Below, one piece after another: positions 24,401 to 33,595 of a stretch of DNA of 64,000 bases. The number at the start of each line of letters is the position of its first letter. The first letter of the stretch is position 1. The stretch covers positions 15,810,001 to 15,874,000 of the forward strand of contig OZ286474.1 of the NCBI GenBank assembly GCA_965644265.1, read 5' to 3'. Both the position numbers and the translations under genes were made by a program. This DNA comes from Glycera tridactyla (Eukaryota). The notes beneath the pieces were generated by a model. It saw only the letters and a list, made by a program, of their open reading frames with translations, was not told the origin of the DNA and ran no database searches.

Positions 24401-27400
24401 CCTCAAACGTTCATCAACATCTAAAAAACATTTGAAGATGTGTTAAAATTTCTCCACACTATTGGGCCCCTAATCAATGATGTTCTCTCTCATCAGGGAT
24501 GTCTATATTCTGGATTCAGTGTCAAAATGTCATGCTGATTTCGCCATGCCCAAATTCTTGGGATAAGTGTACTGCACTATCCATTTGGGCAACCAGAATG
24601 CAGAATCTGGTGGCCCAATCGGCAACTATGATTCCAGGATCACATGAAAGCCTGCATTCATTCTACACTTTCTCTGCCTGTCTTTGCTCTTCCTTTGGAT
24701 GGATCCACCCAGTCATTTTGTGATGAGGATTTGGGCACATTTGTACTGAAAAATCTATTAATTCCATCTTCTTCAAGGTCTATATGAGCTGTTTTCAGTT
24801 TGTCGTCTTGGTACTCACATTTTTTGACTGGTAAATCTGCACCGCACTTCCCAGCACCTGCCATCTGTTAGCTAGCCCTCAGAAGTTATCGATTGACGAC
24901 AACTTGCATTTAGAGTGTTGTTATTCTTGTTGTTAAGGTCATGTATGTCAATAATGATAATGTAAGTAAACCAAAATTGTCAATTTTCTAGTGACCCCAT
25001 TGGTCATTTACATGTGGAAATTTTGTTCATAACTGATCACTTTGGTTGGTATTCTTTGAACCTGATCAATTGCTTCTTATATGGCCATATGTGCACTTTG
25101 ATGTGCAAATTTAATATGCCTTTTAGGGCGCCGGGCACAAGAGTCAGGATTTATCACATGTTATCATCTTGGATCCATTTTTTGTGGGCCTGTATCTGGC
25201 TATGAGATATGGGGATTAGTATCCCTGAATTTGTGAAGTATTCTCTTGCCTCAATCATGATGGCCATAGCTGCCTGAGTAGTGGAACATCTGGGTCTGCA
25301 GTGCTGGAGACTCGTTCCCGTATGTGACTCCGGCCATGTAGATGACGAGATGGCAACCAAAGCAATACTACAACCGGTTGCATTCGATCATTTTCTCATC
25401 TTCAGAGGACAAGATTATGTCTTTGGAATGTATGATTACAGAGTAATAGCATGTGATATAGACACTTTACATTCATTGTGGAGACACTTCATGGCACCCT
25501 TTCTTGTTTGATCCTCTGTATTCACCTCACCGCTGCACAGCTTATCAATACTTCGCCTCAAACCCTTGAGGATACCGTGACCTGTCTCCCTGACTTGTAT
25601 GTGACTGTATTCATCCGTGAAGGGGGATGGAGCACCCAGCTCCCGTTGATATTGAGCATATGGCATATAGACTCCCATTGGTTGATGTCAACCAACCTAC
25701 AAACCAATCGAGCTAACTTGTTTGTTTGTTTGTTTCTTTATTTTCATTCGTCAGATTGCATAGTGCAGACAATGATACAAGAATGCAATATATATGATCC
25801 CATATAAAAGGGTCGTTTTCATATTGATGAACCGGATGGACCTCCACAAATTCAAACCTTTTTGGGTTTTTTTATAAACCAAACATATTTACAATTTTAC
25901 CACACTTAGCACGATAACTATTGATGTATGGAGATGAGTCGAACCAGGTGAAAAATAATGGATCTGAAATGTAGAAATGGCAGGGTGAGGTGGGAGAGGT
26001 GAGATGAGATGAGATGAAATGAGAGCTGCCTGTACTTAGTAAATGAGCTATGCTGTATTGACTAACTTCCCAATTTGGCACTATCCTATATCAAATATGC
26101 AGGAATTTTGCTAAGTTTGCCTTGAAGTCCTTGGACACGTCACATCCGAAGTCAAGCGATCTGCCAACATACTGGTTCCAGAGTCTCGAGCCTCTGTACC
26201 TAAATGAACCCTCAGCTTGCTTTCTCCTCGGCATGCTTACAGAGCTAACGTCTTGTTGTTGTTTCGTCATTAGGAGTTGATGCGGCAGAATCAGCTGGCG
26301 CTGAACGCGATGCAGAGCGGGAGTGCAACCGGCGAACTTCTCCGACATCAAGTGATAGAGTTGACAAAACAAATAGAAGAAATTAAAATAAAACACAAGT
26401 AAGTAGGATCAGGGATCTGATTGTTCTGCGGATTTGCAAGTTTCCATGTTTCTTTCATCTCAAATGTAGCAATCCATGTTTTTGACAGAAAAGAGCATTT
26501 TGCTCTTTCACCAGTACATCTTGTGTTAGTGAATTGTATGCACTATATGGAAAAAGAAAATAACTGATAGATTTCTTCATAGCCACTTTTGAGAATTTCT
26601 ATCGGTTGTATGTACACATTATTCATGTATTGTCACATCCAAAAATTACTGTTACTGTAAATGACATAATAATCACCCTGGGTGTTTATTAGGATTCATG
26701 CTGGGAGAATAGGGGGGATGGGCGTTTATTACAGCCATCTCCATGAAATATCCTCCGATGTTTAAGAAGCCTCAGTTATGGAGAGAATATGGTGAATTCC
26801 AAGCCTTTATACAGTACTTGCCCCCTGCTGTCAATCACCCCGACTTCCCCACTGTCTTGACCCTCACTGGCCAGTGTATAATTAAAGCAGACTTCCGCCT
26901 GCCCCCCTCCCGCTTTGTTCCCATACCGACTCCAATGAAAGGGCGATTAAAAGGAACTTGCTTGTGGCTGGGGGTCAGGTCCATTTCGGGGGGAATGGGT
27001 GTTTATTGAATCATGGGCTATTATTCCATCATTTATGGTAGATTCCATTGTCGCTGTTTGTTGTTGAGAATCAGGAGCAGTATTATGTACACTTCATGTA
27101 CACTTTATCATGTTATTCCTGTCTTGTCACATCAGGTTGGAGTTGGCCGAGGTGCGGACGGGCCGAGAAATGTCCAAAGGTAAACTACCGAGTCCACTTC
27201 TTGCCAGCGGTGAGGAAGCGCCAAGTGAGGAAACCACCCAGCTGCAAGAAATGGAACTCCACAATATGGACCTGCAGGTAGGATTTACAATCAAACCTGC
27301 TCATAATGTGACCACCTCTATACAAAGACCACCCTGAGCCGTGACCATGATAGTATTTTGGACAGTAAACAATTTTTGATGTGACCAAGGGTGCTTTTTG

Positions 27401-28787
27401 CAGACAGATTTGACTATTTTTTTTGTTACCCTGACTTTTAACTGCAGCACTCTTCAACCAGCTTTAGGTAGTTTTGATTCCGTTTCAATATAGCCATCAT
27501 TCCATTTATTCATCACAACTGCTGTTTGACCTACTTAATGCATGTTTTCATCATATATCAACTAGGCAATTTTGGATCTAAAAAAATATAAACGAACCAA
27601 CCAATGGGGTGCCATGTGGTGTTGTGGCAGCATCTTCTCACGTGATCTGAATGTTAATGGTATCATTATATCAGTGGCCCTATGATAAGTGACTACAAGC
27701 TAGCTACAAAAACACCCCTCCTCAGCACAGACATGCATGCAAACACAAGAGAGGAGGATTCAAATCTCATCATGGGTAGATGTTTGTGCCCTACCAAGAT
27801 TAGACCTCGTACCTGTTAATAGCTAACAGCAGCACTGGGAAGATCAGAACCATTCAGGTTTTGACAGTGGTACCTCACTGGAATGAAATCTACCAGTCAA
27901 AATAGCAAACCAAACAAATCTACTTTTCTGTTCAGGCTCAGGTCATACAGCAAAGTGGAGAGAATGCAAAGTTGAAGATCAGGGAGCGAGAGCTGACGGA
28001 GGCAAACAAGTCGATGATGGCGCGGTTAATGGCGCTCGAGCAAGGTGAAACGCCACCTGGCAGTCCTGCTCGGAACCACACAGGACCGCTACTCACAGAG
28101 GCCACAGAGTTTGAGGTAGGTCGAGTCATTCTGCAGTGATGGGATTGTCCTGCAGATGTCACTGTCTTCCATTGGGGATTGCTGTTAAGTCTATATATGA
28201 CAGAAAAGTAGGGGTGGGGCGGGTCACCGGAATTTATAATAATATTGATCATTTCCAGATGAAATGATTGTTTCGAAAGTAGATGGAGTGTTTTCAGATA
28301 CAACAAAACACAGCTGATGAGTATGCACAAATGCCAATAGATATGATTGATGCGAGTGAAGAAAAATATCCGATCGCAAGCTTGCGAACACCAATCAAAT
28401 TATGGTCAATTGCAACTAATATTGTCAACAAACTCACGATACAAACATGTATTTCAACTTTTGACAGACATCTCTTCGCTGACAACAGACTTCATTTTCT
28501 GAGAGATAACGGTGCTCAAACATGATATAGAGTAAAAAATTACAAGGTGATGGTTGGAAATATGGTACAACAGAGTTGCTTGATAAACAAGAATGCCATT
28601 GTGGAGGGATCTAAAATGTGAACATTGTTCTTTCTCTTTACAGTATCTACGGAATATCTTATTTGAATACATGATGGGACGAGAAACAAAGGTATGTCAA
28701 TTAATTACTTATGTTTTGCAAGCCTCTCCCTGTCTCACTCTCTGCCCCTCCCCCTCTCTCTCTGTCTCACTCCCTCCCCCTCTCACC

Positions 28788-28861
<74 letters not shown>

Positions 28862-29066
28862 AATGCGGGTCCTCCTCAATGAGCCTCATTCAAAAGTCTG
28901 CTATCAGTATTGGTACGCATTTACAGACACAGGGTCAGATGAGCTTTGGTGTCATTGACACTCTGGTCTTTAATTGCAGACGTTATCACGAGTGATATCA
29001 ACAGTGTTGAAGTTTGACCGGGATATGACACGAAAAGTCGTCGATTATGAAGAGTCCAAATCCTCG
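1877..29066 (+). CDS. GOLGA4: Golgin subfamily A member 4 (golgin-245/p230), 3' portion; 14 spliced coding exons, about 1530 aa in window; 5' end outside window, last exon unresolved
   Basis: All 14 exons have AG/GT boundaries with matching phases and give a continuous E/K/Q/L-rich coiled coil. The C-terminal TEFEYLRNILFEYMMGRETKTLSRVISTVLKFD closely matches the GOLGA4 GRIP domain as I recall it (TEFEYLRKVLFEYMMGRETKTMAKVITTVLKF). Confidence 0.93.
2647..2740. repeat. Compound (GT)n/(GTGC)n/(GA)n microsatellite just inside a GOLGA4 donor
   Basis: Seen directly. Confidence 0.95.
3780..4006. mobile_element. Same CAGGGTTGCATCC MITE family
   Basis: Same ends and internal atgccccc motifs; cttctg at 3774-3779 and 4008-4013 (one-base offset). 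Confidence 0.75.
4454..4908. mobile_element. Tc2-like MITE
   Basis: TA|ccgtattctccctaatcagcgc ... gcgctaattagggagaattagg|TA; a solo end also at about 42787. Confidence 0.75.
5181..5289 (+). CDS. GOLGA4: GOLGA4 coding exon (109 nt, phase 0-1), absent from the ORF track
   Basis: Acceptor ttctatttgtag|ACG; donor AAAG|gtgatt; encodes TKEMVGKLKERLQQSVADKEEIFERKAEKMKKQCDK and supplies the phase-1 end needed by the acceptor at 7242. Confidence 0.88.
6005..6400 (+). mobile_element. tRNA-derived SINE with internally expanded 33-bp minisatellite
   Basis: A-box-like tggtggagtagg and B-box-like gggttcatacccc; second copy in reverse at about 17041-17210 (B box gggttcaaacccc). Confidence 0.7.
6116..6381. 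repeat. 33-bp minisatellite, about 8 units (atttgactcatttcatggacctattgcccatgc)
   Basis: Units start about every 33 nt from 6116; explains the repetitive ORF 5968..6492. Confidence 0.95.
6857..6869 (+). other. Candidate 13-nt microexon (AATATGGAATTTG) in GOLGA4 intron
   Basis: Strong acceptor ctgtttttgtcttcag and donor G|gtgaga; phase 0-1, same as exon 5181-5289. Confidence 0.35.
7242..9415 (+). CDS. GOLGA4: GOLGA4 large coiled-coil exon (2174 nt, phase 1-0)
   Basis: Acceptor tcatttttcag|AT; donor CAG|gtagga; lies within the 743-aa ORF 7208..9439. Confidence 0.93.
10221..10405. other. Assembly gap (N run); other gaps at 17267-17426, 30083-30226, 32874-33029, 36335-36614
   Basis: Seen directly; small exons could be hidden in the gaps. 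Confidence 1.
10502..10804 (+). CDS. GOLGA4: GOLGA4 coding exon (101 codons, phase 0-0)
   Basis: Acceptor tatttgtgcag|GTA; donor AAG|gtgaga; VSVLEKERDELAAEK...ADNKVK. Confidence 0.88.
11722..11881 (+). CDS. GOLGA4: GOLGA4 coding exon (phase 0-1)
   Basis: Acceptor atttttttcag|GAG; donor GAAG|gtgaga; ELKREKEELNSKIITLEAEKAKLLKKLEK... Confidence 0.9.
12671..12823 (+). CDS. GOLGA4: GOLGA4 coding exon (phase 1-1)
   Basis: Acceptor catcctgtttcaag|GT; donor ATCG|gtaagt; EIKRLISEYDGQREDMESEHKSMMKQLIKEYNLKIAEKERDFQETFSNAI. Confidence 0.9.
13040..13480. mobile_element. Tandem dimer of CAGGGTTGCATCC MITE, 6-bp TSD gcaccc
   Basis: Two units joined at about 13255-13270 with overlapping TIRs; gcaccc at 13034-13039 and 13481-13486. 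Confidence 0.8.
13564..13878. mobile_element. CAGGGTTGCATCC MITE, 6-bp TSD agggtg
   Basis: agggtg at 13558-13563 and 13879-13884. Confidence 0.8.
14211..14341 (+). CDS. GOLGA4: GOLGA4 coding exon (phase 1-0)
   Basis: Acceptor gtttttgatgatgcag|AT; donor CAG|gtatgc; (D)KSQREDNMMNLEHRQEIEELQKDLYEKDQAIENMMEDYEIQLQ. Confidence 0.9.
15097..15231 (+). CDS. GOLGA4: GOLGA4 coding exon (phase 0-0)
   Basis: Acceptor ttcttttaatag|GTG; donor GAG|gtcagt; VKDEEHKAEVRQLQEKIEGLKVKIEEQEAAIAEERETMEAQIRAE. Confidence 0.9.
16818..16901 (+). CDS. GOLGA4: GOLGA4 coding exon (phase 0-0)
   Basis: Acceptor ctatttcacag|TTA; donor CAG|gtatct; LKRQFGSKERLHAEELDALTREWQFERQ. Confidence 0.87.
17041..17210 (-). mobile_element. 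Second copy of the same tRNA-derived SINE, with a single repeat unit and (atga)n-like tail
   Basis: Reverse complement aligns with 6005-6110 and with gtcactgacatgaaat at about 6385-6400. Confidence 0.7.
18400..18460. repeat. (CA)n microsatellite
   Basis: Seen directly. Confidence 0.95.
18487..19309. mobile_element. pogo/Tigger-like (TcMar) MITE, TA-flanked, carrying a 116-bp tandem array
   Basis: TA|cagtctaacctgctctaacgaccacc ... ggtggtcgttatagagaggttcgactg|TA; multiple subterminal cgaccacc motifs. Confidence 0.82.
18672..18985. repeat. 116-bp GC-rich tandem repeat, about 2.7 units
   Basis: aaatctgctcagattccgcttgctcg recurs with the t at 18684, 18800 and 18916. Confidence 0.93.
20506..20970. 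mobile_element. hAT-like MITE with 5-bp TSD catag
   Basis: TIR catggtttgcat / gatgaaccatg; catag at 20501-20505 and 20971-20975; repeated ccttgaa/ctttaaa motifs. Confidence 0.78.
21121..21297 (+). mobile_element. pogo/Tigger-like MITE (TA|cagtaaaacctg ... caggtttcactg|TA)
   Basis: TIRs and TA flanks. Related short copies at about 20349-20494, 21794-21970, 23063-23238, 32131-32273, 39979-40138, 50384-50555, 54152-54253, 58354-58538 and 63245-63425. Confidence 0.85.
21302..21557. mobile_element. Tc2-like MITE abutting a pogo-like MITE
   Basis: TA|ccgtatattgtcgtatata ... tatattcggcaatatacgg|TA; second, older copy at about 15865-16069 shares caaatagacgc and ccttcgccca. Confidence 0.75.
23022..23470 (+). 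mobile_element. Longest copy of a 5'-truncated retroposon (SINE or LINE 3' end) family ending ...gggttgatacatgccgttaaacctc(aaac)n
   Basis: About 11 copies share the 3' end with variable 5' truncation: ~4215-4265, 6585-6771, 6890-7150, 11222-11392, 23640-23700, 44185-44367, 53745-53870, 55028-55158, 59170-59330, 61824-61995 (-), 63515-63645 (-). Confidence 0.75.
24176..24390. mobile_element. MITE with TIR cagggctct/agagccctg and internal gctacc repeats
   Basis: Flanks cctgt / cttgt (possible 5-bp TSD, one mismatch); truncated relatives at about 41769-41945 and 31960-32090. Confidence 0.65.
26274..26398 (+). CDS. GOLGA4: GOLGA4 coding exon (phase 0-2), absent from the ORF track
   Basis: Acceptor gtttcgtcattag|GAG; donor CAA|gtaagt; ELMRQNQLALNAMQSGSATGELLRHQVIELTKQIEEIKIKH; supplies the phase 2 needed by the next exon. 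Confidence 0.88.
26655..27038. mobile_element. Tc2-like MITE, degenerate
   Basis: TA|ctgtaaatgacataataatcaccc vs reverse complement of right end ccataaatgatggaataatagccc|TA; subterminal gggtgtttatt repeats. Confidence 0.6.
27136..27277 (+). CDS. GOLGA4: GOLGA4 coding exon (phase 2-0)
   Basis: Acceptor ttgtcacatcag|G; donor CAG|gtagga; (K)LELAEVRTGREMSKGKLPSP...ELHNMDLQ. Confidence 0.87.
27936..28115 (+). CDS. GOLGA4: GOLGA4 coding exon (phase 0-0), start of GRIP domain
   Basis: Acceptor cttttctgttcag|GCT; donor GAG|gtaggt; AQVIQQSGENAKLKIRERELTEANKSMMARLMALEQGETPPGSPARNHTGPLLTEATEFE. Confidence 0.9.
28644..28691 (+). CDS. GOLGA4: GOLGA4 GRIP-domain exon (YLRNILFEYMMGRETK)
   Basis: Acceptor tttctctttacag|TAT; donor AAG|gtatgt; contains the conserved GRIP tyrosine. 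Confidence 0.93.
28792..28860. repeat. (CA)n microsatellite in the intron between the two GRIP exons
   Basis: Seen directly; mixed GT/GC tracts also at about 44530-44610 and 49985-50045. Confidence 0.95.
28980..29066 (+). CDS. GOLGA4: GOLGA4 GRIP-domain exon (TLSRVISTVLKFDRDMTRKVVDYEESKSS)
   Basis: Acceptor tctttaattgcag|ACG; donor TCG|gtaagt; second half of GRIP, no stop, so at least one further exon is required. Confidence 0.92.
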
Positions 29067-30581
29067 GTAAGTTTGTCAATTTGAGCTTCTTACCCTCACA
29101 TTGTAATTTTCCCTTGCTTCACTAACACCCAGCCTAATTCCAGGGAGTGAAACGATTTGCAGTGATAAATTTGTTTTTGGTATGTGACATATAACTGTGC
29201 AGAGCTTGTGTTTTGATGTATTGTAGCATTAGATGGTTATTAGATTTTCAAAAGAACTTATACACATTTCATCCATAATGTATCATCCGTACTACGATAT
29301 TGAGCAAATTCCTGCAGATGATTTTTATCTACTTTTCTTGATCAAAGCTGAAGATTTGTCTGTATTACAAGCAGCATTCACTTCGGATATGCAATTTGTT
29401 TTTTTGTTTGAGTTTAACGTCACTTAAACCCGCTTTGGTCATATCGGACTGAAAAAACTGAAAATGCTTGGAGGTTGCTTCATGGAATTTATATTTTTGA
29501 TGGCAAATGGAGCAAGCAATTAATATGACGGGATTGTTCTTTTGTGCTGATTATTTCGACTTTTAGATCTTGGTATTCGGACCAGAGTTAATGGAGGTAG
29601 AGCACAGAGTGTGTATCGAGTTGTAATAGCCGTCCTTCATCAGTTGTTGGGGTTTGTTGGTCGACATATTCTTGGTGGGAAGTGCCTCCAGCCAGATTTT
29701 CAGGGTTTTCATTTTGGAGCATATCACAGCCTTGAAAAACACTAGGCCAAATCAAAATGAGGTGGGAATCGGGTCAGGTGTCAAATGATATATCAATTAG
29801 GAGATGTGAGGTCAGGACAGATATGCAACTTTGTTAAATGTACAATAAAGTATATCTATACTATGGTACTGACAGTTCAGAGTTTGTTTGCCTCATTGTG
29901 CAAGGTGATGAATGTCCCAAGGAAAATTGCACTCAAATCAATATTTTCCTTCAATGAGGAGAAACATTGTAGGTCTCCAATGAAGGTTTTTCTCATAATT
30001 TCAATGTTTTTATATGAACTAGATTAAAAGTGGTTTTGAATATTTTTGGGGTGATCCATAATGCAGAAGAGATCAAGCAACANNNNNNNNNNNNNNNNNN
30101 NNNNNNNNNNNNNNNNNNNNNNNNNNNNNNNNNNNNNNNNNNNNNNNNNNNNNNNNNNNNNNNNNNNNNNNNNNNNNNNNNNNNNNNNNNNNNNNNNNNN
30201 NNNNNNNNNNNNNNNNNNNNNNNNNNATGCTCAGTTACACTCTGTCTAACATTTTCAGCTGCAGAATTTTCTACCTCTCGATATGTTGTGAGTGTGGTCT
30301 TCCCCGCTAATACGAACTTTGCATGTCGATGAATCCATCCTCCTCACACTCTCGTGGGATGTTTTTTGGAGAATGGTAGAATTTGTCCAAATTTTGTCTT
30401 GCAACTAATACCTTATGGCACATGCACTTCGAATGCTGGTGGCAGGGATTAATGCATTTTGGAATGAAATCTTGCACCCTGGAACAAACCATGCCTTGAC
30501 ATCTATAAAAAAAAAGATAGCTCTCTCAATTGGATGGCAGTATGAAGAATCTCAGGATTTATGTTAATTTTTTAGTGTTTT

Positions 30582-31006
30582 CAGGGTTGCATCCAGGATT
30601 TTCAAATTTGTGGGCATTTGCCCCCGAAATCACTACCAGACCTGAACATTGAGTAAATTGGCCAGTTGGGATAGATGTATACCCCTGAATCAATCAGATG
30701 GTTGCCCTTTTTCGTTGCTTGATGTATTATTTTTAGGGCACATTGTGGAGGTATGCCCCCTTCCCTGGAATTTATATTTGGGAGGGGGGCAAATGCCCCC
30801 ATTTTCCAAAATCTTTGATGCAACCCTAAAAACACAGCCCCTTTTCGAACTAAGCTGGGGCCACAATGCCCCCTAAATCAGTAAGAGGGTTGTACTTACT
30901 CCTCATTAGGTGAACCCATTTAGAAAGGGTTTTGTGAGGAAATGCCCCCTTTTCACAAACTTTAGGGGGCAAATGCACCCAATTCTGGAAATCCTGGATG
31001 CAACCC
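30582..31006. mobile_element. Two adjacent copies of the CAGGGTTGCATCC MITE (first inverted, second lacking one end)
   Basis: Same terminal and internal motifs; no clean TSD. Further degenerate copies at about 54844-54995 and 59416-59630. Confidence 0.7.
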
Positions 31007-31116
31007 TGCATAATGTTGAAAAGAATTGCATTGAATTTTGTTTTCCACTTACATGGAGAATGCTGTGGCTTACATGAATACACGATGCTGACTTTGTCGT
31101 CATTTCTATCTCTCAG

Positions 31117-31206
31117 TCGTTCCAGCCAGAATCAAGTAGCACATGGATGTGTTCCAGGAGCCATCTTGAAAATCCGGCTGGATCCATCCATGTGGCTCTT
31201 CCTGAG
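31117..31206 (+). CDS. GOLGA4: Candidate post-GRIP cassette exon (SFQPESSSTWMCSRSHLENPAGSIHVALPE)
   Basis: Acceptor catttctatctctcag|TCG; donor GAG|gtattt; 90 nt, open in phase 0. Confidence 0.5.
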
Positions 31207-32491
31207 GTATTTTGTTATCATGACGCATTAGATCCCATCACATGGACTGGGAATTCTCTAGCCTGGCTCACCACATTGAGAGGTTTCCTTTAAACCTGTC
31301 TATAAAAACCACAGTGGTCACGTCAGAAAGTGGTCTTTGTAGACAGGTGATCTTTGTAGCAGGGTCGTAGAAAGGTACTCCTGCAGGCAGGTGGTTTTTG
31401 TATTGAGGTGGACCCTTCAGCAGGTGACCTTTGTAGCAAGGTCGTAGAAAGATACTCTACCAGTCACCAAACCTTTTAGCAGGTGGTTTTTGTATAGAGG
31501 TGGACCCTCAAGCAGGTTCAACATTCACTTGGAAATATATGGAAAAAATATTACTAGTGGGTGACTTGCTCTGACCTAGGTTCCCTCTTTCTCGTTCATA
31601 AATTTTTGTTTGGCTTTGGGAGTAGCTTTCTCCTTGTAGTTCCATCACGTTTTTTTTATTAGAACATGATAATGCCTTAAAGCACCATCATTGCGAGCTG
31701 CACAGTCTGTGAGCCATCATATCTGTATTCAGATTCGTATTGGTTATCCTATTCTTGTTCAGGAGGTATTGAATCTTAGAACATTTTTGTAGGCTGTGGA
31801 TTTCCCATATATTCCCATACATATCACATCACATCTCCCAGCTCTCAGAGTTACAATAGATCTTTGCACTTTGTGGACCAATACCCATCACATACTTTAC
31901 ATGTGTACAAATGTACTGTCAAACCTTTTTGGTAGCCATTGCCAAATATTTGTAGCCAACCATTTTCATTGCCAATAACATCCTCTGGAAATATTAGGGT
32001 GTTGGCTACATAGTTTCAAAATATGGTAGCCAGAGAGTAAATTTGGTAGCAATTGGCTACCCACTTGTAGCAATTCGGAGACCTCATATGTTTGAAGATC
32101 TGAAATTCTGTACGTAAAGACTGAATGATACAGTGAAACCTGTGACCAGAGACTGCCCTGAATGTCGCCAAATAGCGGTCCTTCAAGAGAGGTGGTCTCT
32201 CATCAGAGGTATATTTCACTTATGTCAGAAAGAAGTGGTCTCATTGGGCGATCTCTCGTCGCAGGTTTCACTGTAATGCTCAGGTGCTGAGTACAAGTTG
32301 TGCTCAGGACAGGTTTGACATCTTCTTACATGGTTAGAGCAAGCTTGGTCAAGTTGCCCCCTGGTGACCAAATCTTGAGACAGGTAAGGTGTGCCACCTG
32401 GTAGCCATGATGTACATCATGAACTCAGACTCATTTCTCGCTCGAATGATTGTATGACGGCTTTGCTGGGTGTTTTCTTTACTACACGCAG

Positions 32492-32500
32492 ATGTTCCCT
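32492..32500 (+). CDS. GOLGA4: Candidate 9-nt microexon (ATG TTC CCT = MFP)
   Basis: Long pyrimidine tract gtgttttctttactacacgcag, then 9 nt, then perfect donor gtaagt; phase 0-0. Confidence 0.5.
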
Positions 32501-33462
32501 GTAAGTCTAATCACATTTCAGCCATGTGTCCAAAAAACCGTCTTGTATTTGATGTTTGATGTATGACTGTTGTGATTTCCTGTTTGATTTGAGTTTGTTC
32601 TTGTGAATATTGTGACAGTCTGTAACAAAGGCATGTTGATGGTTTTACAGGGATATCCCGACTCCATACCCTTTGCTAAAAGGCACATAAATTTCAAAGA
32701 AGGCTCAAGTCCAAAATGTACTATCGACTGTCGCATCCTACTGCTGGTTGCGAAAGTGAATATGGTAGCTCACCGTCTTGTATTCCCAAGCTCTACCAAA
32801 TTCATGATTACATTTCTTGGCCAGCCAGTTCAAGCTTGTGCCTTTCTCAACCAATGAAGCATTGTATGGCCTGNNNNNNNNNNNNNNNNNNNNNNNNNNN
32901 NNNNNNNNNNNNNNNNNNNNNNNNNNNNNNNNNNNNNNNNNNNNNNNNNNNNNNNNNNNNNNNNNNNNNNNNNNNNNNNNNNNNNNNNNNNNNNNNNNNN
33001 NNNNNNNNNNNNNNNNNNNNNNNNNNNNNAATTCCTATAGTATGACCATGAGAAAATAATTTGGGACTTTCAACGAAATTTGTACTCGTCAGATCTGACC
33101 CACAATTTGAATGGGATGGGATTCATAGTTTGGCTAGTAATCACTCATCAGTACATGAACATCACAAGTGATATTTTGCTAGTTGGTGTGGTAGTACAGT
33201 CGAAAGTGCATGTTTCGTTTGGTTTTCATGTTGAAGTAGCTTGAATTTATTCCCAATTCTGAGTTGTTGTAAATTTTAGTGTTTCACGATGCTTGCTTTT
33301 CTAGCACATAAGTTCATGATGAGGGAAATGATTAGACTAGAAACCAGATTGCTATCTAGTGATTTTGATGCGTTGAAATGTCCTTTCATATTCATCACAA
33401 TGAGTCATGTAATAAAATGGGAAGTCAGACGAGACTTACCTGTAAGATGAAGTTTTGACGTA

Positions 33463-33595
33463 CAACATTTCAGTAAACGGCTACAAGAGTTTAAAGGAGA
33501 AAGGGCGCTGCAGTCCGGCATAAATACTTGACAATATTTATGCCGGACTACAGCGCCCTCTTTGCTTTAAACAAGGAGCCGTTTACGAAATGTTG
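33463..33595. repeat. Palindromic ~133-bp element (fold-back hairpin)
   Basis: Inner arms 33489-33526 / 33535-33572 with 4 mismatches; outer arms caacatttc(a)gtaaacggct / agccgtttacgaaatgttg. Confidence 0.9.

Noticed and set aside
29605-29645. - strand CTGATGA followed by GATAC
   Set aside because: GAAA core absent and helix II does not pair.
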